Shown: positions 24,701 to 33,525, counted from the first letter of the stretch. The stretch: DNA of 64,000 nucleotides from Candidatus Bathyarchaeota archaeon (GCA_963717465.1 OY970340.1:1792001-1856000), one strand, 5' to 3'. Numbers and translations are program-made. Notes: generated from the sequence alone by a model not told the origin.

Positions 24701-25120
24701 CAAACATGACGATCTCAACATGTCAATCTGCAGCAACAACGGCTGTCTCTTTCACAATAACTGGTCAAAGCGGAACACAAAGCTTCCTTAACATGACAAT
24801 TTCAAAGAACGACGTATTCTATGGAACAGTGCCGGCAGTGAGCATCGACGGCAAACAAGCTGTTAACCAAGGTTACGTGCAAGACGCAAACAACTATTAT
24901 GTGTGGTTCTCAACAAGCTCCGGTACAAACCAGGTCTCAATACTATTTGCAAGGGCGACTAGGCAGCACAACTCCAGCATCCGCCAATGAGCCAGCTTTG
25001 GACTCATTTGCCCAATATCTATCCGTAGCAGCAGCATTAATAATCTTGGCAGCTATAATTGTAGGACTATTCGTGAAAAGAAGAAAAGACAGACAAAGCG
25101 GCATCACGATCTTAAACTAA
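15753..25120 (+). CDS. Giant (~3100 aa) cell-surface protein with tandem Ig/PKD-like repeats, HYR-like domain, PT linker and C-terminal TM anchor; frameshifts near 21129 and ~24950
   Basis: Signal peptide and AGGAG SD. Repeats TYEWQYSTDG and QPSSATIDSGQSITLTSTV. ORFs 15753-21146, 21070-24990 and 24899-25120 join; an extra T breaks the repeat consensus DTGVYVVFTD. Confidence 0.88.
18973..20040 (+). repeat. Near-identical tandem duplication with 573-bp period inside the surface-protein gene
   Basis: Sequence from 18973 recurs at 19546 almost unchanged for ~495 bp. Confidence 0.92.
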
Positions 25121-25131
25121 CGCGCATAGAT

Positions 25132-25168
25132 GGAACCTGTGTTCCAACGCCTTTTTTTAGCCTTTTTT
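25132..25168 (+). terminator. Putative terminator of the surface-protein gene
   Basis: GGAAC-ctgt-GTTCC hairpin followed by two T-tracts. Confidence 0.5.
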
Positions 25169-25287
25169 GTTAGGCATTCACCCATTATAAAATCTGCATC
25201 TACTACTCTCGATATTTGCGCAAACGCTGGCTCAAAAGCTGTTCTTTTGCCATATCTATAGTTTGTCATTCATTTGCGTTAGAGAAA

Positions 25288-25556
25288 TCAGAGATACATG
25301 ACTGCACAATAATTCTGGGTGATTACCTATGCAAAATGGGCTTCTTGACAAAAAATTGATTGATGACATAGAAAAAGCCAAGCAAACCAGAGTTGACATG
25401 CAATACTACGTTGCCCAAGAACTCAGCGAACGAGAAATTAAACGCACTGTTGAAGCCTCACGTAAATTTGTGCTAGACGTTGAAAAAGAGATGATGAATC
25501 TTACTGTTGAACAGATTGAAAACATTAATAAAATACGTTTCTCACGTAATTTTTAA
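25288..25556 (+). pseudogene. HEPN-domain protein, C-terminal half
   Basis: SEIHDCTIILGDYL, then after a 1-nt shift ...KAKQTRVDMQYY (HEPN Rx4Y-like motif). Confidence 0.8.
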
Positions 25557-25824
25557 AAAATATTTTTTGCAAAACTGCGTTTTTTCGTTAACCTGATTGA
25601 TTTCACACGACTCTGTGTCTGGCATATCAAAGTTTTACAGACAATTTGAGAATATTATGCTGATGCATTTTTACTGCCCTGACTTGGGAAACCGTCGTTA
25701 GCGCGTGCGTGCTTGAAATTTTATAGGTCTGTTAGTATTATATAACCTGAGCGGTTAGTCAGAGCAGGAAGCGCGCCCAAGCGCGAGCAACTGGCTAAGG
25801 AAGTTTGAAAGGAGAGTAAGCCAT

Positions 25825-28071
25825 ATGTCTGAAATCAAGAATGTGATTTGTGCAGTCTGTGACAAAGGATGCCCGCTTAAGGTCAAAGTAAACAACAATA
25901 AAATGGTTAGCGCCCAGGGACTTATGGATTCCAAAGTTATATGCATGAAACCTCAATTTGCAAATGATTACATCAATCATCCGCAAAGATTATTGTATCC
26001 ACTGAAGAACGTAGGCTCAAGAAGAGGAGAGCAAAAATGGAAACGTATCACTTGGGAACAAGCATTAGATGAAATTGCATTTAAGCTGGAAAAAATTATA
26101 AAAAAATATGGACCGGAATCATTCGCCGTTTCTACATTGCCAGTTAATGCAGGGGTAGATCAGGGAATGGTTCGAAGATTAATGAATCTGCTTGGTAGTC
26201 CGAACTGGATGAGCGGTTTATCGATGTGTATGGGTAATACTGCGCAGGTTCACAGAACTACTTTAGGCTGGTTCCCAATGGGTGATTATACACATGCAAA
26301 ATGCATTGTATATATTGGTCATAATCCACATGAACAAAACTGGGTGATGGAATACTATCAGCTATTGCAGGCTAAGGAACGAGGTGCAAAACTCATTGTT
26401 CTTGATCCACGCAAGTCACAGTGTGCAAATCTTGCTGACCTCTATTTACCCCTCCGTTATGGCACAGATGCCGCGATGCTCTTAGGTTGGCTGAATATAA
26501 TTATTAACGAAGAGCTTTATGACAAAAAGTTTGTTAAAAAATGGACAATTGGCTTTGACGAACTTAAGGAAAGAGTGCAGGACTATCCATTGGAAAAGGT
26601 TGCCAAAATAACCGACTGCAAGGCTGAGGATATCAAAAAAGCAGCCATGATGTATGCGACACAAGGACCTTCAATCATCCCTTGGAGTGTTAATTTTGAC
26701 ATGAATGTAAACAGTACATCCCTTATCCGCTGTCATAGTATTCTGGCTGCCATCTGTGGATATCTAAACAAAAGCGAAATGCTGGGCTATCTAAATCCTG
26801 ATGTTGTGACAATTTCAGAAGTAGAAATGCATGAAGCATTGCCTGACGAAAAGAAAAAGATACAGTTGGGAACCAAGACTTATCCATTATTTACTTATGA
26901 AGGCTTGAAAAAACTGAATGAACCCTCTAAAAGAGTGTATGGACGGGAGTACTGCAATGTTATATCCAGTTTCATGGCGCACCCACCTACGGTATTTAAG
27001 GCAATGCGAACTGGATCGCCATATGCTGTTAAGGCATTTTTTATCTTGGGCGGAAATCCACTGATGGGATATGCCAATCAGCAAGGTGTTTTTGAGGCAA
27101 TGAAAAATCAGGAACTGATTGTGAGCTTTGATCACCTATTAAATCCGTCAGCTCAATTGGCTGATTATGTCTTGCCTGGGGATGCTTGGCTGGAAAGACC
27201 ATCCTTATTTCCGCTATTCGATTTAGCGCCAATAGCCATTCCTTTTCAGCAAGCCCTTGTGTCTCCTGGAGAGTGCAAAGACTTGTATTTCTTCATTAAG
27301 GGTTTAGCGGATCGGTTGGGGTTAAAGGAATATTTTCCATGGAATAATCTTGTTGAGTTTATGGAATACAGAATTCAAAAATCAGGACTGAAATGGGAAG
27401 CATATGAAGAAACGCCGTTGAAGGAGTTAATGACTATATCTCAATTGTTTTCGCCATTTATGATGAAAAAGCCCATTACGAATAAAGCGATTTCAAAGGT
27501 CGGATTCATGCTGTCGTTGCCTTTTACAAAAGGTGTAGGGGTTGCCACTCCTTCGGGAAAAGTTGAGTTGAAAAGTAGTATTCTCGAAGGGCTTGGATAT
27601 GATTCGTTGCCTTATTATAAAGAACCACAACAAACCCCGATTTCAAATCCAAAGCTGGCTAAAGAGTACCCGTTGACACTGTTCATAGGATTGAGAGAAG
27701 GACCATACTATAATACCAATCTGCGTCATGTTGAAGGTTTAAGAAAGCAGTTGCCTAATCCCCTTGCTCTGATTCACCCGTCGGATGCTGCAAAATATGA
27801 TATTCAAGCAGGCGATTGGATTTGGGTTGAAACCACTCATGGCAAGGTTAAAATGATGGCGCAGCTTGATGAAGTTCAACCGGCTGGAACAATTCGCGTC
27901 CCACATGGATGGTGGTTGCCTGAGTTGGAACCTGGAGAGAAAACCGGATTTTCAGGTGCCATGTGGCATAATGATGGGTTGGTCATCAGTGATGATGATT
28001 GGAATCTTGACCCTGAACAGGGATTGCCAAATCTGAGAGGCGGATTACTGGCCAAGGTTTCGAAAATATAA
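25825..28071 (+). CDS. Acetylene-hydratase-like W/Mo-bisPGD [4Fe-4S] enzyme
   Basis: C9xxC12-D13-xxC16...C40MK Fe-S motif; GSPNW...MCMGNTA metal ligand; LRYGTDAA; DDDWNLDPEQGLPNLRGG C-terminus. Confidence 0.92.
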   Translation: MSEIKNVICAVCDKGCPLKVKVNNNKMVSAQGLMDSKVICMKPQFANDYINHPQRLLYPLKNVGSRRGEQKWKRITWEQALDEIAFKLEKIIKKYGPESFAVSTLPVNAGVDQGMVRRLMNLLGSPNWMSGLSMCMGNTAQVHRTTLGWFPMGDYTHAKCIVYIGHNPHEQNWVMEYYQLLQAKERGAKLIVLDPRKSQCANLADLYLPLRYGTDAAMLLGWLNIIINEELYDKKFVKKWTIGFDELKERVQDYPLEKVAKITDCKAEDIKKAAMMYATQGPSIIPWSVNFDMNVNSTSLIRCHSILAAICGYLNKSEMLGYLNPDVVTISEVEMHEALPDEKKKIQLGTKTYPLFTYEGLKKLNEPSKRVYGREYCNVISSFMAHPPTVFKAMRTGSPYAVKAFFILGGNPLMGYANQQGVFEAMKNQELIVSFDHLLNPSAQLADYVLPGDAWLERPSLFPLFDLAPIAIPFQQALVSPGECKDLYFFIKGLADRLGLKEYFPWNNLVEFMEYRIQKSGLKWEAYEETPLKELMTISQLFSPFMMKKPITNKAISKVGFMLSLPFTKGVGVATPSGKVELKSSILEGLGYDSLPYYKEPQQTPISNPKLAKEYPLTLFIGLREGPYYNTNLRHVEGLRKQLPNPLALIHPSDAAKYDIQAGDWIWVETTHGKVKMMAQLDEVQPAGTIRVPHGWWLPELEPGEKTGFSGAMWHNDGLVISDDDWNLDPEQGLPNLRGGLLAKVSKI

Positions 28072-28184
28072 AATGAAATGATTTTGATAATCCAATAAAA
28101 CTTGCTGTTAAACTTTAATGAACAGTAACCCAAATGGAATTTTATGCAGCATCATTAAAATTTTAAATCAACCACTTTTTATTG

Positions 28185-28592
28185 TTATAGGTCTCTTTGT
28201 TCTAACAAATAAAGCGAGTTTACTGCAAAGGGAACATGCCAGTGTGAAAAGAACCCTCTAACAGTTGCAACTGCCCCAACAGCACTTTTCTGACTCAACG
28301 TATCATCTGGGTTTTTGTTCAATGGCTGTTTAAGCACCCATTGCTTGAATGACAAAACCTTATGCTCCCATTTGTAACGCTGCTCGTCATGGCTTGTCCC
28401 GATATTACGCGTTGAAGTAGGTTGGTGAGACCGCTTTATTGGGTCCCAAGCGCGTATGATTTCTTTTAGTGCTTCCACTTCGTTGGTTTGCGTTTTCTTT
28501 GCTATACAAAGTCCTGATGATGCGTATACGTTTCGGAGTTTATCCATTCCGATGCTTTGGATGTCGTGGTAGGTATCTACAGTGTGTCCCAT
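28185..28592 (-). pseudogene. Tyrosine recombinase/integrase remnant (rearranged fragments)
   Basis: MGHTVDTYHDIQ resembles the MGH...Y catalytic end of archaeal integrases; AVATVRGFFS resembles an N-terminal core-binding segment. Confidence 0.55.
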
Positions 28593-28603
28593 TAACGGTT
28601 CGA

Positions 28604-28635
28604 GGTGGGATTCCCAACCACCAACAGTTATATCT
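28604..28635 (+). promoter_or_regulatory. Palindromic operator plus TATA box
   Basis: GGTGGGATTCCCAACC, 8-nt spacer, TTATATCT. Confidence 0.7.
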
Positions 28636-28667
28636 AATTTGCGTTCTAAAATGATAGGTGTAATTAT

Positions 28668-29498
28668 TTGAAAAAACTAGCTTCAATTCTCTTCACTAGA
28701 ATTCCATTGGAGGGTAACACTAAAACAAGGCTCACATTAAAAGAAGAAGGTGGGATTCTAACGTCTGAAGAAGCTGCAACATTCTATAAGGCTTCAATGA
28801 TGGATGTAATTGAAGTCTTTATAAAAGTTATAAAATCATTTAATGAAGAAAAACCCAACTTGGAAAACAAGTTATTCATTGCTTATGAACCTAAAGAAAA
28901 AGAAGAAAATCTAAAAAGAATACTTGAAAAATCGGATCTGCAAGGTTTATCAAATGATTCGATAGAGCTTTTTGCAACGAGCGGCAACAATTTCAATGAG
29001 CGTATTGCTATGTCTTTTGAATATGTTTTCAAAAAGGGTTATGAATCGGCAGTTATGGTTGGAGGAGACCACCCGCTTATTCAGCCACGCGTTATTAAGG
29101 AAGCATTTGAGCATCTTGAAAGATTGGAGAGACAATACCATAGAGGAGCAATCGTTGCTGGGCCATGCATAGCAGCAGGTCTTTATTTAATTGCACAAAC
29201 AAGCAACGTGCCCATTGACTTCAGAGATGTCTTCTATAATACTCAGGGTATAACATCCTTGGAAGTTTATACCAAAAAAGCCATTGATACACAAGTTCCT
29301 TTTGCAATCCTCGAATTGGTTACCGACGTTGATGTGCCATCTGATTTAGCTGCTTTAGTAGTGAATCTTAGATCTATGGATTACGCTTCTGAATTTCAAC
29401 CAAGCCTCAATCTGCCACGGCATACACTATGGTTCATAAAAAAACTCAACCTTAGTATAATTACCCCTCCAAACCAAAGAGATATAACGCTTCATTAG
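28668..29498 (+). CDS. DUF2064 / TIGR04282-like CofC/MobA-fold transferase
   Basis: FTRIPLEGNTKTRL, MVGGDHP, GPCIAAGLYLI and DVDVPSDL motifs. Confidence 0.8.
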   Translation: MKKLASILFTRIPLEGNTKTRLTLKEEGGILTSEEAATFYKASMMDVIEVFIKVIKSFNEEKPNLENKLFIAYEPKEKEENLKRILEKSDLQGLSNDSIELFATSGNNFNERIAMSFEYVFKKGYESAVMVGGDHPLIQPRVIKEAFEHLERLERQYHRGAIVAGPCIAAGLYLIAQTSNVPIDFRDVFYNTQGITSLEVYTKKAIDTQVPFAILELVTDVDVPSDLAALVVNLRSMDYASEFQPSLNLPRHTLWFIKKLNLSIITPPNQRDITLH

Positions 29499-29616
29499 AG
29501 GGTAACAGATACTGGAATACACGCTTAAGACTTAGAATAATTGGCACTTAATGACCTTCAGAATTTAGCCTCGTATAAAAAGAACAAGAGAAAGGAAAAG
29601 CGAACGGTTTAAGGTA

Positions 29617-29886
29617 ATGCCTGAACAAAGAATAGTGGTAAAGGATGGCTGCATTACTTGAATCTCAGAGAAGTTAAAAACAGAACAAGAGATTCTTGAT
29701 TGGCTTAAGTCAAACTTTGGTGAGAGCTCGAATCTGTTTATCTCTGAACTGGATTTGTACTTTCCTCAAATTGATAAATATTTCCATTTTCTTGAATCTG
29801 TAAACGATCTCTTACTTTCAATGGATAAACTCTCAGAAGAAGCGTCTGAAATACTCAAAAATTATTATCCATTTTCAAGTTGTTAA
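29617..29886 (+). CDS. Candidate small selenoprotein (89 aa, CxxU at codons 12-15; not in ORF track)
   Basis: MPEQRIVVKDGCIT-TGA(29659)-ISEKLKTEQEILDW...PFSSC*; frame stays open for 74 codons after the TGA. Confidence 0.4.
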
Positions 29887-29974
29887 TAATATTTTTTGGA
29901 TATTTTTTCTTTGAGTTCTATTGCGCGCTGGCATTTCATAACTCTCAAAATTCTGCATAACGCAAGTGGTTTGC

Positions 29975-30006
29975 GGTAGGATTCCCAACCACCAACCATT
30001 ATATCT
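29975..30006 (+). promoter_or_regulatory. Palindromic operator plus TATA box
   Basis: GGTAGGATTCCCAACC, 8-nt spacer, TTATATCT; same spacing as the 28604 copy. Confidence 0.7.
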
Positions 30007-30089
30007 GATTGCCTGAATAGACCCCTTTGTAGGAGATAAGAACCTATTAAAAATATAAAAGGTGAAAAAAAACGAAAGACACTACTGAA

Positions 30090-32366
30090 ATGACTGAGCA
30101 AAAGAAGTTCTTATGTGCATTCTGTGGAGTTCAGTGTGAAATCCTTGCTACTGTTACAAAAGATGGATTCCTGACTGCTGTCGAGCCTCGGCCCGATCAT
30201 CCAATTAGCCCCGGAGCATATTGTCGAAGGTGGACTTATTATACAGAATACCTATACAAATCAGACCGCCTCAAATATCCTATGAAGAGAGTTGGAAAAC
30301 GAGGCGAAGGCAAGTGGCAGATAATTTCATGGGAACAAGCATTTGACGAAATAGGTGCTAGACTCAGGGAGATAATTGCGAAATACGGCTCAGAAGCAAT
30401 ATACGTTTGGCACGGAACATCCCGTGGAAACCCATATGCAGGAGATACAAAGTTCGTTCGCGCAATCGGAAGCCCAGCTATCGGAGCTCCTGGAGCTGAA
30501 ATCTGATTTGCGCCCAACGTCCGTAGTTTAGGGATAACTTACGGCGTTGGACAATGCCTATCTACAGTGATACCTGGCGTAACGAAATCCATGTATAGCA
30601 CGTTCAATCATACTGAATCAAGTGAATTTATCTGGCCGATGTATCTTCGCGCAATTGAAGCGGGAATGAAGCTTATAACACCAGACCCTAGATTCACTGA
30701 GGTTGTTCGTAATTCTGCCCTCTGGCTTCAGATAAGACCAGGTACGGATGCTGCACTCAACTTGGGCATAGCACATGTGCTCATCGAGGAAAATCTCTAT
30801 GACAAAGAGTTCGTGGAGAAATGGTGTTATGGTTTCGAGCAATTGAAGGAACGCGTCAAAAACTACACACCTGAGAAAGTTGAGGAGATCACTTGGGTTC
30901 CAGCGGACAAAATCAGAGAGGCAGCAAGGACACTGGCAAACAACAAACCACAGTCGGTTCCATTACTAAACTATGGACATACTGAGCCATTCTCAAATAG
31001 CTGGGGAATCAATCGTTCGCGGCACATTCTACCCGCGCTGCTCGGAACCGTTGACGAAGAAGCTGGCGAAACGATGCCAAGCAAACCAAAATGGCGCACT
31101 CTCGAAGATTTCGACGAGCCTGACATCATGCCCATGGGACAAAGAAAGAAATTCCTGAATACTTGGAAAAATCACAAATTCGGAATGGTAGGCTGGGAAG
31201 TTCAAGAATTAATTGGTCAAGCCCAAACCAGAGGATACTGGAAAGGAAACCCATATCTTGGATGCACAGAAGTACATGGATACTTAATGACTCCTTGGAA
31301 TCTAGTAACTCGGTCTGTTCTCGAAGGCAAACCCTACCCTATAAAAGCTTTCATAGGACATCAAGGTTCTGCTCTCAGATGCGGACCCAACCAGAAACAG
31401 GCTCTTGAAGCACTGAAACAAATCGAATTCTACGTTAACATGGACACTTCAGTCATGACTCCCGATGCGATGATGGCAGACTATGTATTACCAGCTGCAA
31501 GTACAGCTGAAAGACCCATGGTCGACCTTATGATTAGTAATGCTTCAGAAATGATCTTTAACGCAAGTGCAGACGCGGTTATTCCGAAGAAAATACCAGG
31601 TCTGTGGGATCACAAGGAAGACTATGAAATGTGGCGGGAATTTACAAAGGCAATCAAGGGTCAAAAATGGATAGATGAGCACTGGCCTCAAAAGAACTAT
31701 TACGAACATTATGAGTGGGTATTCAAACCGGCAGGTATGACGCTTAAAGAAGTCGCTGAGAAGACCCCTATCCTTCCAATATTGGAACCAAGAAGATACG
31801 CGTTGCCAGACTCAGAAACTGGTGAGCCAAGAGGATTCGGAACACCCTCTGGAAAGGTCGAACTATACTCAACAATAGCTGAGAAAGTCGGATGCGACCC
31901 AATGGGTAACCATACAGATCCAGCAGCAAGTCCTTACAGCACGCCAGATATCGCAGCGGAATATCCATTTATTCTGACAACTGGAGCTAGACATGGAGAA
32001 ATGTTCCACGGCGAATTATTCGAGATTAGTATGGCGCGTAAAATAAGACCAGACCCAATTGTACAGATTCATCCAATGGCTGCTAGACAGCTTGGCATAG
32101 CAGAGCACGACTGGGTTTGGATTGAGACACCAACAGGAAAAATCAGGATGAGAGCTAAACACTACGAAGGTCTTGATCCGAAAGTAATTGCATGTGAACA
32201 CGGCTGGTGGTTCCCAGAGGAATCAGGTGAACTTCCTAATCTATTCGGCGTCTCCAGATCAAACGCAAGCGTTCTTGTAGATGATGACCCATTGCATTGT
32301 GACCCAGCAACATCAGTATGGGCAAATAAAGCGATGCTTTGCAAGGTATACAAAGCACCATTTTAG
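30090..32366 (+). CDS. Mo/W-bisPGD oxidoreductase (acetylene hydratase/catechol dehydroxylase-like clade), probable selenoprotein with Sec139, 758 aa
   Basis: ORFs 30090-30506 and 30567-32366 are in the same frame, separated only by TGA 30504-30506 in GSPAIGAPGAEI-U-FAPN, which aligns with the Cys ligand of the neighbouring paralog. Confidence 0.85.
30514..30550 (+). promoter_or_regulatory. Bacterial-type SECIS-like hairpin in the coding sequence just 3' of the UGA
   Basis: CCAACG/CGTTGG, CCGTA/TACGG, GTT/AAC, bulged U, A-U, GGGA loop; 24 nt between UGA and loop. Confidence 0.7.
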
Positions 32367-32457
32367 ACAAAGAAGGCCCAATATCCCCCATTTTCTTTTG
32401 TTTCAAATAAAGAATGATTCCGTAAAAAGAATTAGGTGTAACGGTAGGTGATAAGAC

Positions 32458-32799
32458 ATGTCAGAAAAAGAAAAAAAAGCAGAAGAAGTTGCAAATGAAT
32501 TCAGTGCCAAACTTGCTAAACAAACTGAAAAACTCAAAGGCTGGGGCAAAGCAGTCCAGATCGACTTCACTGACGTAGGTGTTTCGTACTGGTATAAATT
32601 TGGCATGGATGGCAAAGTTGAAAAAAGAGAGAAAGCTGACAAGAGAAAAGAAGCCGAAGGAGTAATCAAGGCAACAACAGACATATTTAGAGATTTGATG
32701 AATAATAAAATTAACCCGATGACTGCAATTATGAAAGGCACTATAAAAGTTGAAGGAAGCGCGAATGCCATAATGAAAGTCGGCAAAACTCTAAGTTAG
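32458..32799 (+). CDS. SCP2 sterol/lipid-binding domain protein
   Basis: DIFRDLMNNKINPMTAIMKGTIKVEGS is typical of SCP2 domains; AGGTGA SD. Confidence 0.85.
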   Translation: MSEKEKKAEEVANEFSAKLAKQTEKLKGWGKAVQIDFTDVGVSYWYKFGMDGKVEKREKADKRKEAEGVIKATTDIFRDLMNNKINPMTAIMKGTIKVEGSANAIMKVGKTLS

Positions 32800-33122
32800 C
32801 TTGAAACAACATCACTTTTTTTTCTCATTTGAATAACTCACACTCTCGTCTTAATTGCATAAAGCATTGCAGAACAAGTAAATGGACGTAACTTTGAAAC
32901 CCCGGGCAAAAAGATAATTTCCTTTGGCATTCTTATTTTTGTCGCATCCTTAGGCAATAGATTTCTCTCCTAAAAACCAAATTGCTTTTCATCAGTGAAT
33001 GCATTCTGCTAGAAAATTAAAGGTCTCATCAAACAAGCGTGTGCGATAGAAAAACCGATTACTGCTTATATTTCTGATCAACTTGCAGTCTAACTTTCAT
33101 CAACATTTGAATCAATTTGAGA

Positions 33123-33464
33123 TCAAGGAGCCTTAATGAAATGCTGTACTTTTGCTCCCTCATTGGTCGCCACTCTGACGAAATATGTTTTACCGCTAAT
33201 CCAATCAAAAGTAGTTGTGCCACTAGAAACTGCATTTGGTGCAATTGATGATGAATTCCAAACAACATCAGCACCAATGTCGTCGAAAGTAGTTGATTCG
33301 CGTATGAAAACCTTGGACAACAAAGAACCAGCAACTGGACCCGTATTCTTTACACTAAACTTAAATTGTTTAGGAGAGCCTTCCGTGACAACAGCTTCTA
33401 AAGTCTCAAACACCAGAATGGGTTCTTTTCTCGTAGCCTGAATGCGGTTAAAACACAAATCCAA
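33123..33464 (-). CDS. Possible archaeal pilin-like C-terminal domain lacking the prepilin N-terminus
   Basis: VKNTG and W-x-SG-x-TY-x-V-x-V-x-T-xx-G...AP pattern; no class III signal peptide. Confidence 0.35.
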   Translation of the reverse strand: MDLCFNRIQATRKEPILVFETLEAVVTEGSPKQFKFSVKNTGPVAGSLLSKVFIRESTTFDDIGADVVWNSSSIAPNAVSSGTTTFDWISGKTYFVRVATNEGAKVQHFIKAP

Positions 33465-33509
33465 CCACCTGTTATATCTCTCATTTCCCCCCCATTTTTA
33501 AGGGTAAGC

Positions 33510-33525
33510 GGTGGGATTTCCATCC
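33510..33525 (+). promoter_or_regulatory. Third operator copy, upstream of the trmB-like gene
   Basis: GGTGGGATTTCCATCC. Confidence 0.6.

Noticed and set aside
32367..32457. Archaeal 3'-UTR SECIS after the Sec enzyme
   Set aside because: Only a weak AU-rich stem and a pyrimidine tract; no GAA/A internal loop closed by G-C pairs. It looks like a terminator.
33458..33480. Fourth operator copy (CCAACCACCTGTTATATCT)
   Set aside because: Only the right half-site is present and its spacing to TTATATCT differs; it also reads as SD plus TTG for the minus-strand ORF.
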